This document shows, in pieces, positions 17,830-30,637 of a stretch of 64,000 nt of DNA; the stretch's first letter is position 1, and every line of letters begins with the position of its first letter. Below the pieces are notes generated by a model. That model searched no databases. It saw only the letters and a program-made list of their open reading frames with translations, and was not told the DNA's origin. This stretch comes from Bryobacterales bacterium (lineage in GTDB: Bacteria; Acidobacteriota; Terriglobia; Bryobacterales; UBA6623): positions 749,368 through 813,367 of the forward strand of contig CBDBHC010000001.1 in NCBI GenBank assembly GCA_965205445.1. Direction: 5' to 3'. The position numbers and the translations under genes were made by a program.

Positions 17830-18118
17830 ATTGCAGATGGTTTCGCCCAATTGATAGAGCCACTGGAGGATTCGTACCGCATCGGAGAATTGTCCGAGTA
17901 TTCGGTTGGTGAGAGGAGTCCTGCGTTTACGCGATTCGCCTCGGCACATCCTGAACCGTCGCACGGCGCCAATCGTCGCCTGAAATCGCCGCTGCGTTGT
18001 CTTACCTAGTCGTCGCGAGGTAGCGTGATCCCTGTCATAGTCACGCCATGGGGATCACTGGAGTGGGCCGGCACAGCCGGGGGCCTCGTCCAATCGATGG
18101 CGACGGGCCGCAGAGCCA

Positions 18119-20041
18119 TCAGGCGGCCGGGTTCGGCATCCGGTCGCTGAGCTTGAAGCCCTCGTGCCAAGTCGAGTCCGCGCCCGCCCCGATGCGACGG
18201 ATCACGGCCTCGACCACGTAGGGCTCGCCTCGGCGCGTGGCCTGCGTGCCCCGCTTCAGGGCTGCTTCGAGCTCTGCAGGCGTCGTTGCCCGCTCTCCCT
18301 CGATGCCCTGGCATTGCGCGAGCTGGACAAAGTCGATGTCCGGGTCGCCGAGATACATGCCCGCGTACTTCCCTGTCGCCGCCATCTGACCGTTGTAGCG
18401 ATGGAAGCCGCCCCGGACCGTCTGGTAGTTGTGATTGTTCCAAACTACCGTCAGCACCGGCACGCCGTACCGCGCCTGGGACCAGAAGGCGCTTGACTGG
18501 TACATCACCGCGCCGTCTCCAATCGAGCACACAACCGGACGGTCGGGTTGGGCCAGCTTGACGCCCGTTGCCGCGCCGAGACCCCAGCCCAGAGAGTTAC
18601 CCGTGTATCCGATCCAGACCGGGTCGCCGTCCCCGTAGCCCCAGTGGAAGTTGTTGTGCTGGTTGTACCCGGAATGCACCTCCCCGACGACTATCGATCC
18701 CGGCTCGACCGCTCTGGCCATGACGTGGGTCATCTCGTCCGGATGCATCGGAGCTAGCCCGAAGTTGCCGCGAACCCTGTCGTCGAACTCACTCCACATC
18801 TTCGCGGTCAACCCGCGAATCTCCTCGCCGCGATCCCGGCCGAAGGCGTCCATTCGCTGCTTGGGAATCCTGGCCTCCATCGCCGCGTCCAGATCAGCCA
18901 GGGACTGCTTCACGTCGGCGAGCATCGTGAGGTCGGTCGGGTAGTTCCGGCCCATGTTGCCGGAGTTGAGACCGATGCGCACGATGCGTGCGTCGAGAGG
19001 GGCTTCCGGCCCGGTCGGCAGCCGCCAGATCCCGAAGTCCCGGGCGCCCACCATCAGCGCGAGATCGATGCCGGCGCTGGCGTACGCCGAGCGCATGCTG
19101 AACCGTCCCAGGTGGAACGGGTTGCGGGAGGGGAAATTGAAGTAGCCGCCCGTACCGGAGGCGACGGGAACGCGGTATTTCTCCGCGAATTCCTCCAGCG
19201 AGGCCTGCGCTCCTGATTTCCAGACCTCGTCCCCCACCACGATGAGCGGCCGCTTCGCCCGCGCAAGCCAGTCCGCGGCCTGCTCGACGGCGGCCGCCTC
19301 GGGGCGCGGGCGCGCGGACATGAGAAACCGCTCGCCCGGGACGACCTGCGATGCGACTCCCTTGGTTTCGAGGGCGCCGTTGGTCATCGCCAGGTAAACC
19401 GGCCCCCCGGGGGGAGTCGTTGCCACCTTGTAGGCCCGGCGCAGCATCATCGTCAGGCTTCGGGCGTCGCGCGACTCCCAGCAGAACTTCGTGAACTGTC
19501 TGGGCACGTCCTTCTGGTCGTAGCCGGGACGCGGCGCGAGAATGCCTTCGTCGCTCCACAGTTCGTTGTCCAGCATGCCGGCCGTGACGACCAGCGCAGC
19601 GTTGTCCCGGCTGGCGTTGTAGAGCTGGCCTCCCATCTGGGCGGTCCCCGCGATGACATGCACATTGACGAACCCCGGCTTCAGGCTCGCCCTGTGATAG
19701 CCGTCGGCCATTGCGACAACAATGCCCTCGTGCAGGCCCATGATCAGGGGAACGCCCGAGGTGATCTGCGCATCGAAGAGACCCACCTCGAACGAGCCCG
19801 GGTTCGTGAAGAGATATTCGGAGCCGGCGGCCTTGGCCTGCTCCATGACCAGCTCGCCGCCGCTGCCCGTGAGTTCCCTCGTGCCCGGGACCGAGAGGCC
19901 GGACCCTGCCGTCTCGGTGGCGTCCAGGGTCTCGAGCAGCGATTGGGCCGCCGCTGCCGTCAGCCCTACCGAAGCCAGCTCGCGCGAAAGACCGCGCCGG
20001 GTGAGCTCCTTGTCTAGAAACCGCTTGATCAACTGCTGCAT
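18119..20041 (-). CDS. Thiamine-pyrophosphate-dependent enzyme (acetolactate-synthase-like family) with Tat-like N-terminus
   Basis: ORF 18119..20317. I moved the start to the ATG at 20041 because GGAGG lies 8 nt upstream and TATGAT about 30 nt upstream. The TPP-binding motif is SIGDGAVMYQS...NN. The N-terminus is MQQLIKRFLDKELTRRGLSRELASVGLTAAAAQS. Confidence 0.85.
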   Translation of the reverse strand: MQQLIKRFLDKELTRRGLSRELASVGLTAAAAQSLLETLDATETAGSGLSVPGTRELTGSGGELVMEQAKAAGSEYLFTNPGSFEVGLFDAQITSGVPLIMGLHEGIVVAMADGYHRASLKPGFVNVHVIAGTAQMGGQLYNASRDNAALVVTAGMLDNELWSDEGILAPRPGYDQKDVPRQFTKFCWESRDARSLTMMLRRAYKVATTPPGGPVYLAMTNGALETKGVASQVVPGERFLMSARPRPEAAAVEQAADWLARAKRPLIVVGDEVWKSGAQASLEEFAEKYRVPVASGTGGYFNFPSRNPFHLGRFSMRSAYASAGIDLALMVGARDFGIWRLPTGPEAPLDARIVRIGLNSGNMGRNYPTDLTMLADVKQSLADLDAAMEARIPKQRMDAFGRDRGEEIRGLTAKMWSEFDDRVRGNFGLAPMHPDEMTHVMARAVEPGSIVVGEVHSGYNQHNNFHWGYGDGDPVWIGYTGNSLGWGLGAATGVKLAQPDRPVVCSIGDGAVMYQSSAFWSQARYGVPVLTVVWNNHNYQTVRGGFHRYNGQMAATGKYAGMYLGDPDIDFVQLAQCQGIEGERATTPAELEAALKRGTQATRRGEPYVVEAVIRRIGAGADSTWHEGFKLSDRMPNPAA

Positions 20042-20138
20042 CGAGATGTCCTCCGTGCCGAGAGCAGTGCCATCATAACGCCGTCGATCGCGCGGGACGG
20101 CGGTTTTCCGGGATCCATTGGCTACGATAAGGCTGTCA

Positions 20139-20783
20139 ATGTCGCGCGTACTCGGAACGGCCGCTCTCTCCCTAGCCCTGCTGGGCACGCTCTGGGCCCA
20201 GAGCCAGCCCAGGCCGCGCGTTCTCGGGCCCGAATGGGTCTCCCTCTTCAACGGGAAGGACCTGGGTGGTTGGAACAAGGTCGGGCGGGAGAGCTGGGAG
20301 GTCGTTGACGGAGCCATCTACGGGCAGGGCATCACCAAGGAGTACGGCTATCTCGCCACCAAGCGCTCCTACAGCGACTTCCATCTCTCGCTCCGGTTCA
20401 AGTGCGAGGCCGACGGCAACAGCGGCGTCTACATCCATACGGCCTTCGACGGCGATACCCCAAGAATCGTGGCTGGCCGCCAGATCGAGATCGACCGGAC
20501 CCTCGGGCGCCACACGGGCGGGATCTACGGCGACGGGAAGGGCTGGATAGCCTGGCCCTCGCCGCAGTACGAAACCGTCATCCGTCCTTACGACTGGAAC
20601 GACATGCTCATCGAGGTCGAGGGCAACCATTACGTCGTCCACCTGAACGGAATTCGCGTTCTGGACTTCACCTACCCGTCGCCTGGGGCGGAGGAAGGCG
20701 TCATCGCGCTCCAGCTTCACTCCGGCGGCGAAGGCAGGATGCGGTTCAAGGACATCTTCGTCCGCGACCTGAGCGCGGACTGA
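20139..20783 (+). CDS. DUF1080 (3-keto-disaccharide hydrolase-like) secreted protein
   Basis: The signal peptide is MSRVLGTAALSLALLGTLWAQ. WVSLFNGKDLGGWNKVG...WEVVDGAIYG...IALQLHSGGEGRMRFKDIFVRDL is the DUF1080 pattern. The track start at 20118 is TTG. Confidence 0.8.
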   Translation: MSRVLGTAALSLALLGTLWAQSQPRPRVLGPEWVSLFNGKDLGGWNKVGRESWEVVDGAIYGQGITKEYGYLATKRSYSDFHLSLRFKCEADGNSGVYIHTAFDGDTPRIVAGRQIEIDRTLGRHTGGIYGDGKGWIAWPSPQYETVIRPYDWNDMLIEVEGNHYVVHLNGIRVLDFTYPSPGAEEGVIALQLHSGGEGRMRFKDIFVRDLSAD

Positions 20784-20819
20784 CCCCCTTTCGGCAATTC
20801 ACGGCGGGACGCGGCGCGC

Positions 20820-22241
20820 TTACACGAGGATGTCGTCGATGATCTCGCCGTGGACGTCCGTCAGTCGCATGTCGCGGCCGCTGTAGCGGTAGGTGAGCCT
20901 CTTGTGATCGAGACCCAGAAGGTGCAGCATCGTCGCGTGAAGATCGTGCATATGAACCTTGTTCTCAATCGCGAAGTAGCCGTACTCGTCCGTTGCGCCG
21001 AACCGCATGCCCCCCTTCACACCCCCGCCCGCGAGCCACATGGTGAACCCGAATGGGTTGTGGTCGCGGCCGGTGTCCTCGTTGAAGCCCTGGCCGTTCG
21101 TCTGGGCCGTGGGCGTGCGCCCGAATTCGCCACCCCATACCACTAAGGTCGAATCGAGCAGGCCGCGGCCCTTCAGGTCCTTCAGCAAGGCTGCAATCGG
21201 CTTGTCCGTCGCGCGGGCGTTCACGCGGTGGCCTTCGTCCAGCCGGCGGTGCTGGTCCCACCGGTCCTGGCCCTTGCGAGCGGGCGTCAGCAGCTCGATG
21301 AATCGAACACCCCGCTCGACCATGCGACGGGCCAGCAGGCACTGACGGCCGAATTCGCTCGTCTCGTCGTCACCGAGTCCATACATGGCCTTGGTCGCCT
21401 CGGATTCGCCGGCCAGATCCAGCAGCTCCGGAACGGCGCTCTGCATCCGGAAGGCCAGTTCGTAGTTCGATATCGTCGCTTCGATCTCGCTGACCGAGCC
21501 GAGGCGCTGCACGACCCCCCGGTTGAGCTTGCGGATCAGGTCCAGCTTCCCCGCTTGCAGGGCCGGTTCGGCCTCCAGCGGAACGATGTCGGCGATCGGG
21601 TGCTCGCCCCGCCGGAACAGCGTGCCCTGGTAGGACGCGGGCAGGAATCCGCTTCCGAAGCAGTCCATCCCGCCGGGCGGGATCAGGCCGCTGTCCAGCA
21701 CGACGAAACCGGGCAGGTCGTCGCAGTCGCTGCCCAGTCCGTAGGTGATCCAGGCCCCCATGGACGGACGGCCCTGGAAGCCCGAGCCCGTGTGAATGAA
21801 GTAATTGCCCGCGGTGTGCTCGGAGTGGTCGGCCACCATCGAATGGACGGCGCACAGGTCGTCGGCGCACTCGGCCACATGCGGGAACAGCTCGCTGACC
21901 CACAGGCCGGACTCGCCATACTGACGGAACTCGAACGGCGACCCGAACACCTTGTCGGTGATGTTGAAGACGGTTGTCGGAAGCTCCGGCAGCTGGATCT
22001 TCTGTCCGTGCTCGGCGCGCAGCCTGGGCTTGGGATCGAACGTGTCCATCTGGCCCGGGCCGCCATCCATGAACAGGAATATGACGCTCGTAGCCTTGGG
22101 GGGAAAGTGAGGCGGCCTGACCGCCAAGGGGTTCGCAGATCGGTTCGTGGCGGACCGAGCGCTGTCCTCCGCCAGCAACGCGGCTAGGGCCAGGCCGCCG
22201 AATCCGTTGGCGCCGCGCGCCAGCCATTCCCTGCGGGTCAT
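20820..22241 (-). CDS. DUF1501-family (sulfatase-fold) protein with Tat signal
   Basis: MTRREWLARGANGFGGLALAALL. 473 aa. Conserved DUF1501 stretches include FLFMDGGPGQMDTFDPKP and VVWGGEFGRTP. Confidence 0.9.
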   Translation of the reverse strand: MTRREWLARGANGFGGLALAALLAEDSARSATNRSANPLAVRPPHFPPKATSVIFLFMDGGPGQMDTFDPKPRLRAEHGQKIQLPELPTTVFNITDKVFGSPFEFRQYGESGLWVSELFPHVAECADDLCAVHSMVADHSEHTAGNYFIHTGSGFQGRPSMGAWITYGLGSDCDDLPGFVVLDSGLIPPGGMDCFGSGFLPASYQGTLFRRGEHPIADIVPLEAEPALQAGKLDLIRKLNRGVVQRLGSVSEIEATISNYELAFRMQSAVPELLDLAGESEATKAMYGLGDDETSEFGRQCLLARRMVERGVRFIELLTPARKGQDRWDQHRRLDEGHRVNARATDKPIAALLKDLKGRGLLDSTLVVWGGEFGRTPTAQTNGQGFNEDTGRDHNPFGFTMWLAGGGVKGGMRFGATDEYGYFAIENKVHMHDLHATMLHLLGLDHKRLTYRYSGRDMRLTDVHGEIIDDILV

Positions 22242-22299
22242 CTGACCTCCATCTTAGGCCCCGGGGGCTCGGGACCCAAACCGTACAATGGGTGAACGC

Positions 22300-23385
22300 A
22301 TGGAATTGAGGGTGCTTGTGCTTCCCGGGGACGGGATTGGGCCAGAAGTCACGCGGGAGGCGGTCCGCGTTCTCGATCACGTCGCTGCGAAGTGGGACCA
22401 CTCGCTCCAGCTGCGCGAGGGACTGCTAGGCGGCATCGCGATCCGCAAGACCGGCGGGCCCTTTCCGGATCAAACCCGTGAGCTCGCCCTGGCGTCTGAC
22501 GCCACCCTCCTCGGGGCAGTGGGGCTGCCGGAATACGACAGCCTACCGCCCTCGCGACGCCCCGAAAAGGGTTTGCTCGGCCTGCGGAAGGCGTTGGACG
22601 TGTACGCCAATCTCCGGCCGGTCTACTGCTACGAGAGCCTGATCGAGTCGTCGCCCCTTAAGAACGCCATCGTGCGTGGCACGGACATCCTGATTGTTCG
22701 GGAACTGACCGGCGGGCTCTATTTCGGCCAGCCAAGGGGCGTGAACGGCCCCGAGGGAAACGAGACCGCCGTGAATTCCATGGTCTACGAGCGGTCCGAG
22801 ATCGAGCGCGTCTGCCGCATGGCATTCGAACTGGCGCGCAAACGCAGAGGCAAGGTCACCTCCGTGGACAAGGCCAACGTTCTGGAGAACTCCCAGCTCT
22901 GGCGGAAGGTGGTCACCGAACTCGCGGGGGACTACCCGGAGATCGAGCTGGAGCACATGCTCGTCGACAACTGCGCGATGCAGCTCCTGCTGAGGCCGAC
23001 CGCTTTCGACGTGGTCGTCACCGAGAACCTGTTCGGCGACATTCTCAGCGACGAGGGCTCCGTGCTGGCCGGATCGATCGGAATGCTCCCTTCAGCATCC
23101 GTCGGGAACCGCCTTCCCAACGGAGCCTGGCGCGGGCTGTTCGAGCCGGTTCACGGATCGGCCCCAGACATCGCCGGCGAGGGCAAGGCGAATCCGCTCG
23201 CCGCCATCGGGTCTACTGCGGCCATGTTGAACTACAGCTTCGGGCTGACCAAGGAGGCCGCAGCCGTGGAGAGCGCCGTCAGCCAAGTGCTCGAGAGCGG
23301 GCATGTCACGGCAGACCTGAAACCTCCCGGCAGGCCGGCCTCCACCGAGCAGGTCGGCCGCGCGGTCTGCGAAGCGATCGGCTGA
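22300..23385 (+). CDS. leuB: 3-isopropylmalate dehydrogenase
   Basis: [24 protein letters not shown] and GSAPDIAG. The track start is 22288. I prefer the ATG at 22300 because a TACAAT hexamer spans 22284-22289. Confidence 0.95.
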   Translation: MELRVLVLPGDGIGPEVTREAVRVLDHVAAKWDHSLQLREGLLGGIAIRKTGGPFPDQTRELALASDATLLGAVGLPEYDSLPPSRRPEKGLLGLRKALDVYANLRPVYCYESLIESSPLKNAIVRGTDILIVRELTGGLYFGQPRGVNGPEGNETAVNSMVYERSEIERVCRMAFELARKRRGKVTSVDKANVLENSQLWRKVVTELAGDYPEIELEHMLVDNCAMQLLLRPTAFDVVVTENLFGDILSDEGSVLAGSIGMLPSASVGNRLPNGAWRGLFEPVHGSAPDIAGEGKANPLAAIGSTAAMLNYSFGLTKEAAAVESAVSQVLESGHVTADLKPPGRPASTEQVGRAVCEAIG

Positions 23386-23610
23386 AGGCGCGCGAGCGCG
23401 AGGCTAGCCAGCCAGCGCCCGGGAATAGGCCACCGAATCGAGCTGCTCGAAGACCGCGTCCCAGGACTGTCGGAGCGCCGTTTCGCGCGCGGCCAGGCCC
23501 ATCATAATTCCACGGAGGAACGTTTTGGCATTACCCTCGAGCCGCCAACAGGGCAGGCGCGCCGAGTCCCCTGCCGCGCGGCGCCCTGCAGCCCCTACAA
23601 TGAGGGTTTC

Positions 23611-23991
23611 ATGACGCACAACATGCCACGGCTTGCATTCGGCTTCGGCGTGAGCCTGATTGTCCTGGGCGTCGCTATGTACTTCCTAAGCGGGCGGGTC
23701 AGCCTGACAGCCCTGATCCCGGTGCCGTTCGGCGCCGCTCTCTTGGCCCTGGGAGCGGTGGCCAAACGGTCCGCCTCGACAAAGCACCCGATGCATGCGG
23801 CGGCGGTTGTGGCTCTGGTCGGCATCGGCGGCTCCTGGAACGGCGTGCCACAGATCGTTCGGCTGCTCGTGGGTGGCGAGGTCGCGAACCCGCTGGCGGC
23901 AGGTGCCAAGACCGTTATGGCAGCCGTCCTGGCGGTGTTCCTCGCCTACTGCATCCGCTCATTCCGGCAGGCCCGCAAGGCCAGCCTGTAG
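23611..23991 (+). CDS. Small integral membrane protein (4 predicted hydrophobic segments), unknown function
   Basis: 126 aa with four hydrophobic stretches (FGFGVSLIVLGVAMYFL, LIPVPFGAALLALGAV, AAAVVALVGIGG, VMAAVLAVFLAYCI). TACAAT lies 9 nt upstream of the ATG. Confidence 0.6.
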   Translation: MTHNMPRLAFGFGVSLIVLGVAMYFLSGRVSLTALIPVPFGAALLALGAVAKRSASTKHPMHAAAVVALVGIGGSWNGVPQIVRLLVGGEVANPLAAGAKTVMAAVLAVFLAYCIRSFRQARKASL

Positions 23992-24000
23992 GGGAGCAGC

Positions 24001-27602
<3,602 letters not shown>

Positions 27603-27689
27603 CCCCCTCCCTTGCGGATGTGCCTCAACGGGCCCTTGGTACTACTGCTGGGCAAGATTTCTTGAATTCCCTCTAGTAGTAGTAGGGCC

Positions 27690-27844
27690 TGTGGATTTGT
27701 GGAACACTTGCTGAAGTCCTTATGCTGCAAGTCCGAGCGAGTGCGCGACACCGTGGAAAATGTGTCGGCGCGTCCACATGCGCGAAGCAGGTCGCTACTT
27801 TCCACAGCCGTCCACAGATTCTGCAACGGTCGTACGGTGGATAT
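27690..27844. other. Cluster of DnaA-box-like 9-mers (candidate oriC element)
   Basis: TGTGGATTT 27690-98, TGTGGAACA 27698-706, CGTGGAAAA 27752-60, GCGTCCACA 27770-78, CTTTCCACA 27798-806, CCGTCCACA 27808-16 and GGTGGATAT 27836-44. Each matches TTATCCACA/TGTGGATAA at 6-7 of 9 positions. Confidence 0.55.
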
Positions 27845-28130
27845 CTCAAGTATAGCGGAACGCGTACCGTCGCCGTACGTTTCCGGCGGTCCGTCGCGCG
27901 TTGGTTTCCGTTGCGGGTCTGCCACAGTGAGGTGTTCCCGCGAGACACTATTGCCGCATGGCGAGTGGGCGTACTGCACAGCTGTGCTTCTTCCAGCGCA
28001 CAGTGCCCGCCGGTTCCAGGTTCTGCGTCTGCCGCTAGCGTCGCGTCTTCCATGCAGCGACGGCCGGGGCAACGCTTGGGAAAGAGAGTCCTTCGATTCG
28101 CAAATTGTGAGTGTTTGCTGAATCTTAGTA

Positions 28131-29450
28131 CTAGCTTAGGCTTGAATTATCAACCAAATTAAGCTTGCGGTTCAGTTCCTCTACCGTCGTCCTTAGTTCG
28201 TCATCCTTGCTTAAATCCTGTTTTATTTTCGTGATGCCATGAAGTACTGTAGTGTGATGTTTTTTGAACGCTCGCCCGATTTCCGACAGAGAGGCTCTGG
28301 TTAGTTGCTTGCATAGGAACATCGCGACCTGCCGCGGTCGCGCAATGTCCCGCGAGTTGTTCCGGGCGCTGAGTTCAACAAGAGGCACATTGAATTGCGT
28401 CGCCACCGCGTTCTTAATCGCCTCGAGGCTAGGACCGGATGGCTGTTGCGCTTTCAGCGCTCCGAACAGGTTCCGAGCCATGCCGAGCGTGATCCGGCTG
28501 TTGACGAACTGTGCCCTCGCGATGAGGCGGTTCAGCATGCCTTCAAGCACCCTGATGTTCGAGTTGAGGCGAGTCGCGATATAGCTGCATACGTCTTCGG
28601 GCAGGACGATGCCGGCCTCCTCGGCCTTGCGGTCGAGGATCGCCATCTTTGTCTCCAGGTCCGGAGGCTGGATATCAGCCATGAGGCCCCATGAGAACCG
28701 AGACTTGAGCCGACCTACGAGACCCGGGATGTCTTCCGGATCAGAGTCGCTTGAAATGACGATCTGCTTGCCGCGGTTGTGGAGAGCGTTGAACGTGTGG
28801 AAGAACTCTTCTTGGGTGCGTTCCTTCGAGCCAATCACGTGGATGTCGTCCACCAGAAGCGCGTCGGCCATGCGATAGCGCTGGTGAAAGTTACGCATCG
28901 CATTGAAACGAATAGACTTAATCATTTCGTTCATGAACTCTTCGGCCGACACGTAGACAACTTTCATGGACGGGTCGGCGCGGTGGACACGGTGCCCTAT
29001 CGCATGCAGCAGGTGGGTCTTGCCCATGCCGTGACCCGAGTAGATGTAGAGCGGGTTGTAAGTCGTCGCCGGCTTGTTCGCTACGGCTTGCGAAGCCGCA
29101 TGCGCAAACTCGTTGCATGCTCCCACGACGAACCGGTCGAAGGTGTAGTTCTCGTTGAACAGCGGGGGCTCGGGATCGAAGTCGAAGGATTGCTGGACAA
29201 GCCTCGGTTCCGGAGCCGCAGTCTCGATCGCGACCGAGCGGATATCCATGCCTAGGGAGTGAGCCGCGCCCACGATGTTGGACTGGAGTTCCGACTCGAC
29301 CCAGCCCTGCACATCGCTATTCGGGGCGATGAGATGCATCTCGCGGTCAGCTGCGATGTGGCTGAAGCGAACCGGTTCGAGCCAGTTCCTGTAGCTCTCC
29401 TCGCTCATCGTGGGTCGGATCGCGTTCTGGATGCGGCTCCACTTGCTCAT
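28131..29450 (-). CDS. dnaA: Chromosomal replication initiator protein DnaA
   Basis: Walker A GHGMGKTHLLHAIG and AAA+ box LLVDDIHVI. The C-terminal DNA-binding domain is RPRQVAMFLCKQLT..SLSEIGRAFKKHHTTVLHGITKI. Confidence 0.97.
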   Translation of the reverse strand: MSKWSRIQNAIRPTMSEESYRNWLEPVRFSHIAADREMHLIAPNSDVQGWVESELQSNIVGAAHSLGMDIRSVAIETAAPEPRLVQQSFDFDPEPPLFNENYTFDRFVVGACNEFAHAASQAVANKPATTYNPLYIYSGHGMGKTHLLHAIGHRVHRADPSMKVVYVSAEEFMNEMIKSIRFNAMRNFHQRYRMADALLVDDIHVIGSKERTQEEFFHTFNALHNRGKQIVISSDSDPEDIPGLVGRLKSRFSWGLMADIQPPDLETKMAILDRKAEEAGIVLPEDVCSYIATRLNSNIRVLEGMLNRLIARAQFVNSRITLGMARNLFGALKAQQPSGPSLEAIKNAVATQFNVPLVELSARNNSRDIARPRQVAMFLCKQLTRASLSEIGRAFKKHHTTVLHGITKIKQDLSKDDELRTTVEELNRKLNLVDNSSLS

Positions 29451-29587
29451 CGGGCTGACTCGAGGTTCGAAGGGAAGCGATCCGTCTTGGGGTCAGGTCG
29501 GCAGGCTGGCCGGCTTGCCCGAGCCCCCGGAAGGGATCCTCGCGTGAGAACCTGACAAGTTTAGCAGACGAGATTTCCCGGATGGCG

Positions 29588-29686
29588 AAATTATTTTAGA
29601 GAAAAACAAAATGCTCCATTTTGATTACAGCTTATTGTTATTAACAACATTCAAATCAAATTTTTCAAGAGTTGAATAAAACAAAA
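29588..29686. other. AT-rich block upstream of dnaA (candidate DNA-unwinding element of oriC)
   Basis: My manual count gives about 20 G+C in the 90 nt at 29591-29680, within an otherwise GC-rich window. A- and T-tracts include GAAAAACAAAA, AAATCAAATTTTT and AATAAAACAAAA. Confidence 0.55.
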
Positions 29687-29732
29687 CCGTCCGTGCAACG
29701 CCGTATGTGCACAATTGCACCGGCGTCTTGTA

Positions 29733-30578
29733 CTAGTCCAGGATGCGGAACGTGGAGGTCCCGGAAACGGGAAGAACCTCGTTGAGCGAGCCCTGTCGGT
29801 AGCCGGCCAGATCCAGTGTCACGTACTTGAATCCCAGATCTTGGAATATCTTCACGAACTCGTCTGCCATGTTGTGGTCCAGGGCCTTGGGGAGTTCGTC
29901 CCTGCCGACCTCGATGCGCGCGAGCTCGCCGTGGTGGCGCACCCGGAACACGCGGAAGCCGAGCTTGGCCAGTGCCTCCTCGCCCTGCTCCACCGACTTG
30001 ACTTTCTCTCGTGTCACATGCGTTCCGTACGGTATGCGGGAACTCAGGCAGGCGGCTGCCGGCCGGTCCCAAGTCGGCAAACCGGCTTCGCGCGAGAGCG
30101 AGCGGATTTCTGATTTTGCGAGATCGGCCTCCAGCAGCGGTGCCCGCACTTGGTGTCTTTGCGCGGCGCGGTGCCCGGGCCTGAAGTCCGACGTGTCGTC
30201 CTTGTTCACGCCGTAGGCGATTGTCGACACGCCGAGCTTCTCGCCAAGCTCGTTCATTCGCGTGAACAGTTCGTCCTTACAGTGGAAGCAGCGGTTCGGA
30301 TCGTTGCGCACGTATTCCGGGTTCTCGAATTCCCCGGTCTCGATCATGCGGTGGCGAATGCCGTACCGTGCAGCGAACTCCACCGCGTCCCGCTTGTGCG
30401 TTTCGGGTATGGATGCCGAGTCGGCCGTAACCGCCAGCGCGTCCTCGCCCAGCACGCGGTTCGCAGCCCATGCCAGGTACGCTGAGTCCGTGCCGCCCGA
30501 GTACGCAACGAGCACGTTGCCCATGCCGGCAAGCAGCTCGAAGAGCTTGGCCTGCTTCTCCTGCGGTGCGGATCCCAC
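29733..30578 (-). CDS. PP-loop ATP pyrophosphatase, LarE/TIGR00268-like
   Basis: SGGxDS PP-loop (VAYSGGTDSAYL) and CFHCK. ORF 29733..30917, with the start moved to the in-frame GTG at 30578 so that the gene does not overlap the upstream gene ending at 30638. The resulting 281 aa is typical for the family. Confidence 0.75.
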   Translation of the reverse strand: MGSAPQEKQAKLFELLAGMGNVLVAYSGGTDSAYLAWAANRVLGEDALAVTADSASIPETHKRDAVEFAARYGIRHRMIETGEFENPEYVRNDPNRCFHCKDELFTRMNELGEKLGVSTIAYGVNKDDTSDFRPGHRAAQRHQVRAPLLEADLAKSEIRSLSREAGLPTWDRPAAACLSSRIPYGTHVTREKVKSVEQGEEALAKLGFRVFRVRHHGELARIEVGRDELPKALDHNMADEFVKIFQDLGFKYVTLDLAGYRQGSLNEVLPVSGTSTFRILD

Positions 30579-30637
30579 CCGGAGTCCATTATATATACGC
30601 GGGCTTCGCGCTCCCTTGGCCGCGGGGAAGTGGCGGG

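Noticed and set aside
17802-17912. 36-aa Cys-containing ORF (MSEPMVACLNCRWFRP...) divergent from the island module and starting inside the operator repeats
   Set aside because: Too short and unsupported. It has only one CxxC pair and no SD. It is noted only as a possibility.
13018-18011. The 7-mer CCTAGTC at 13018, 13109, 14865 and 18005, as possible att or IR signature of the island
   Set aside because: The same 7-mer also occurs outside the island (for example at the ruvC stop, about 44084). It is too short, and all copies are in direct orientation, so they are not inverted termini.
18024-18060. 8-bp inverted repeat GTGATCCC ... GGGATCAC downstream of the TPP gene, as a terminator or att site
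   Set aside because: The loop is long (~18 nt) and there is no T-tract. There is no matching copy at the other island edge.
23404-23619. 71-aa minus-strand ORF between leuB and the membrane-protein gene
   Set aside because: No SD or promoter-like signal, and no recognisable family. It overlaps the probable promoter of the 23611 gene. It could hide a ~33-aa peptide, but that is unsupported.
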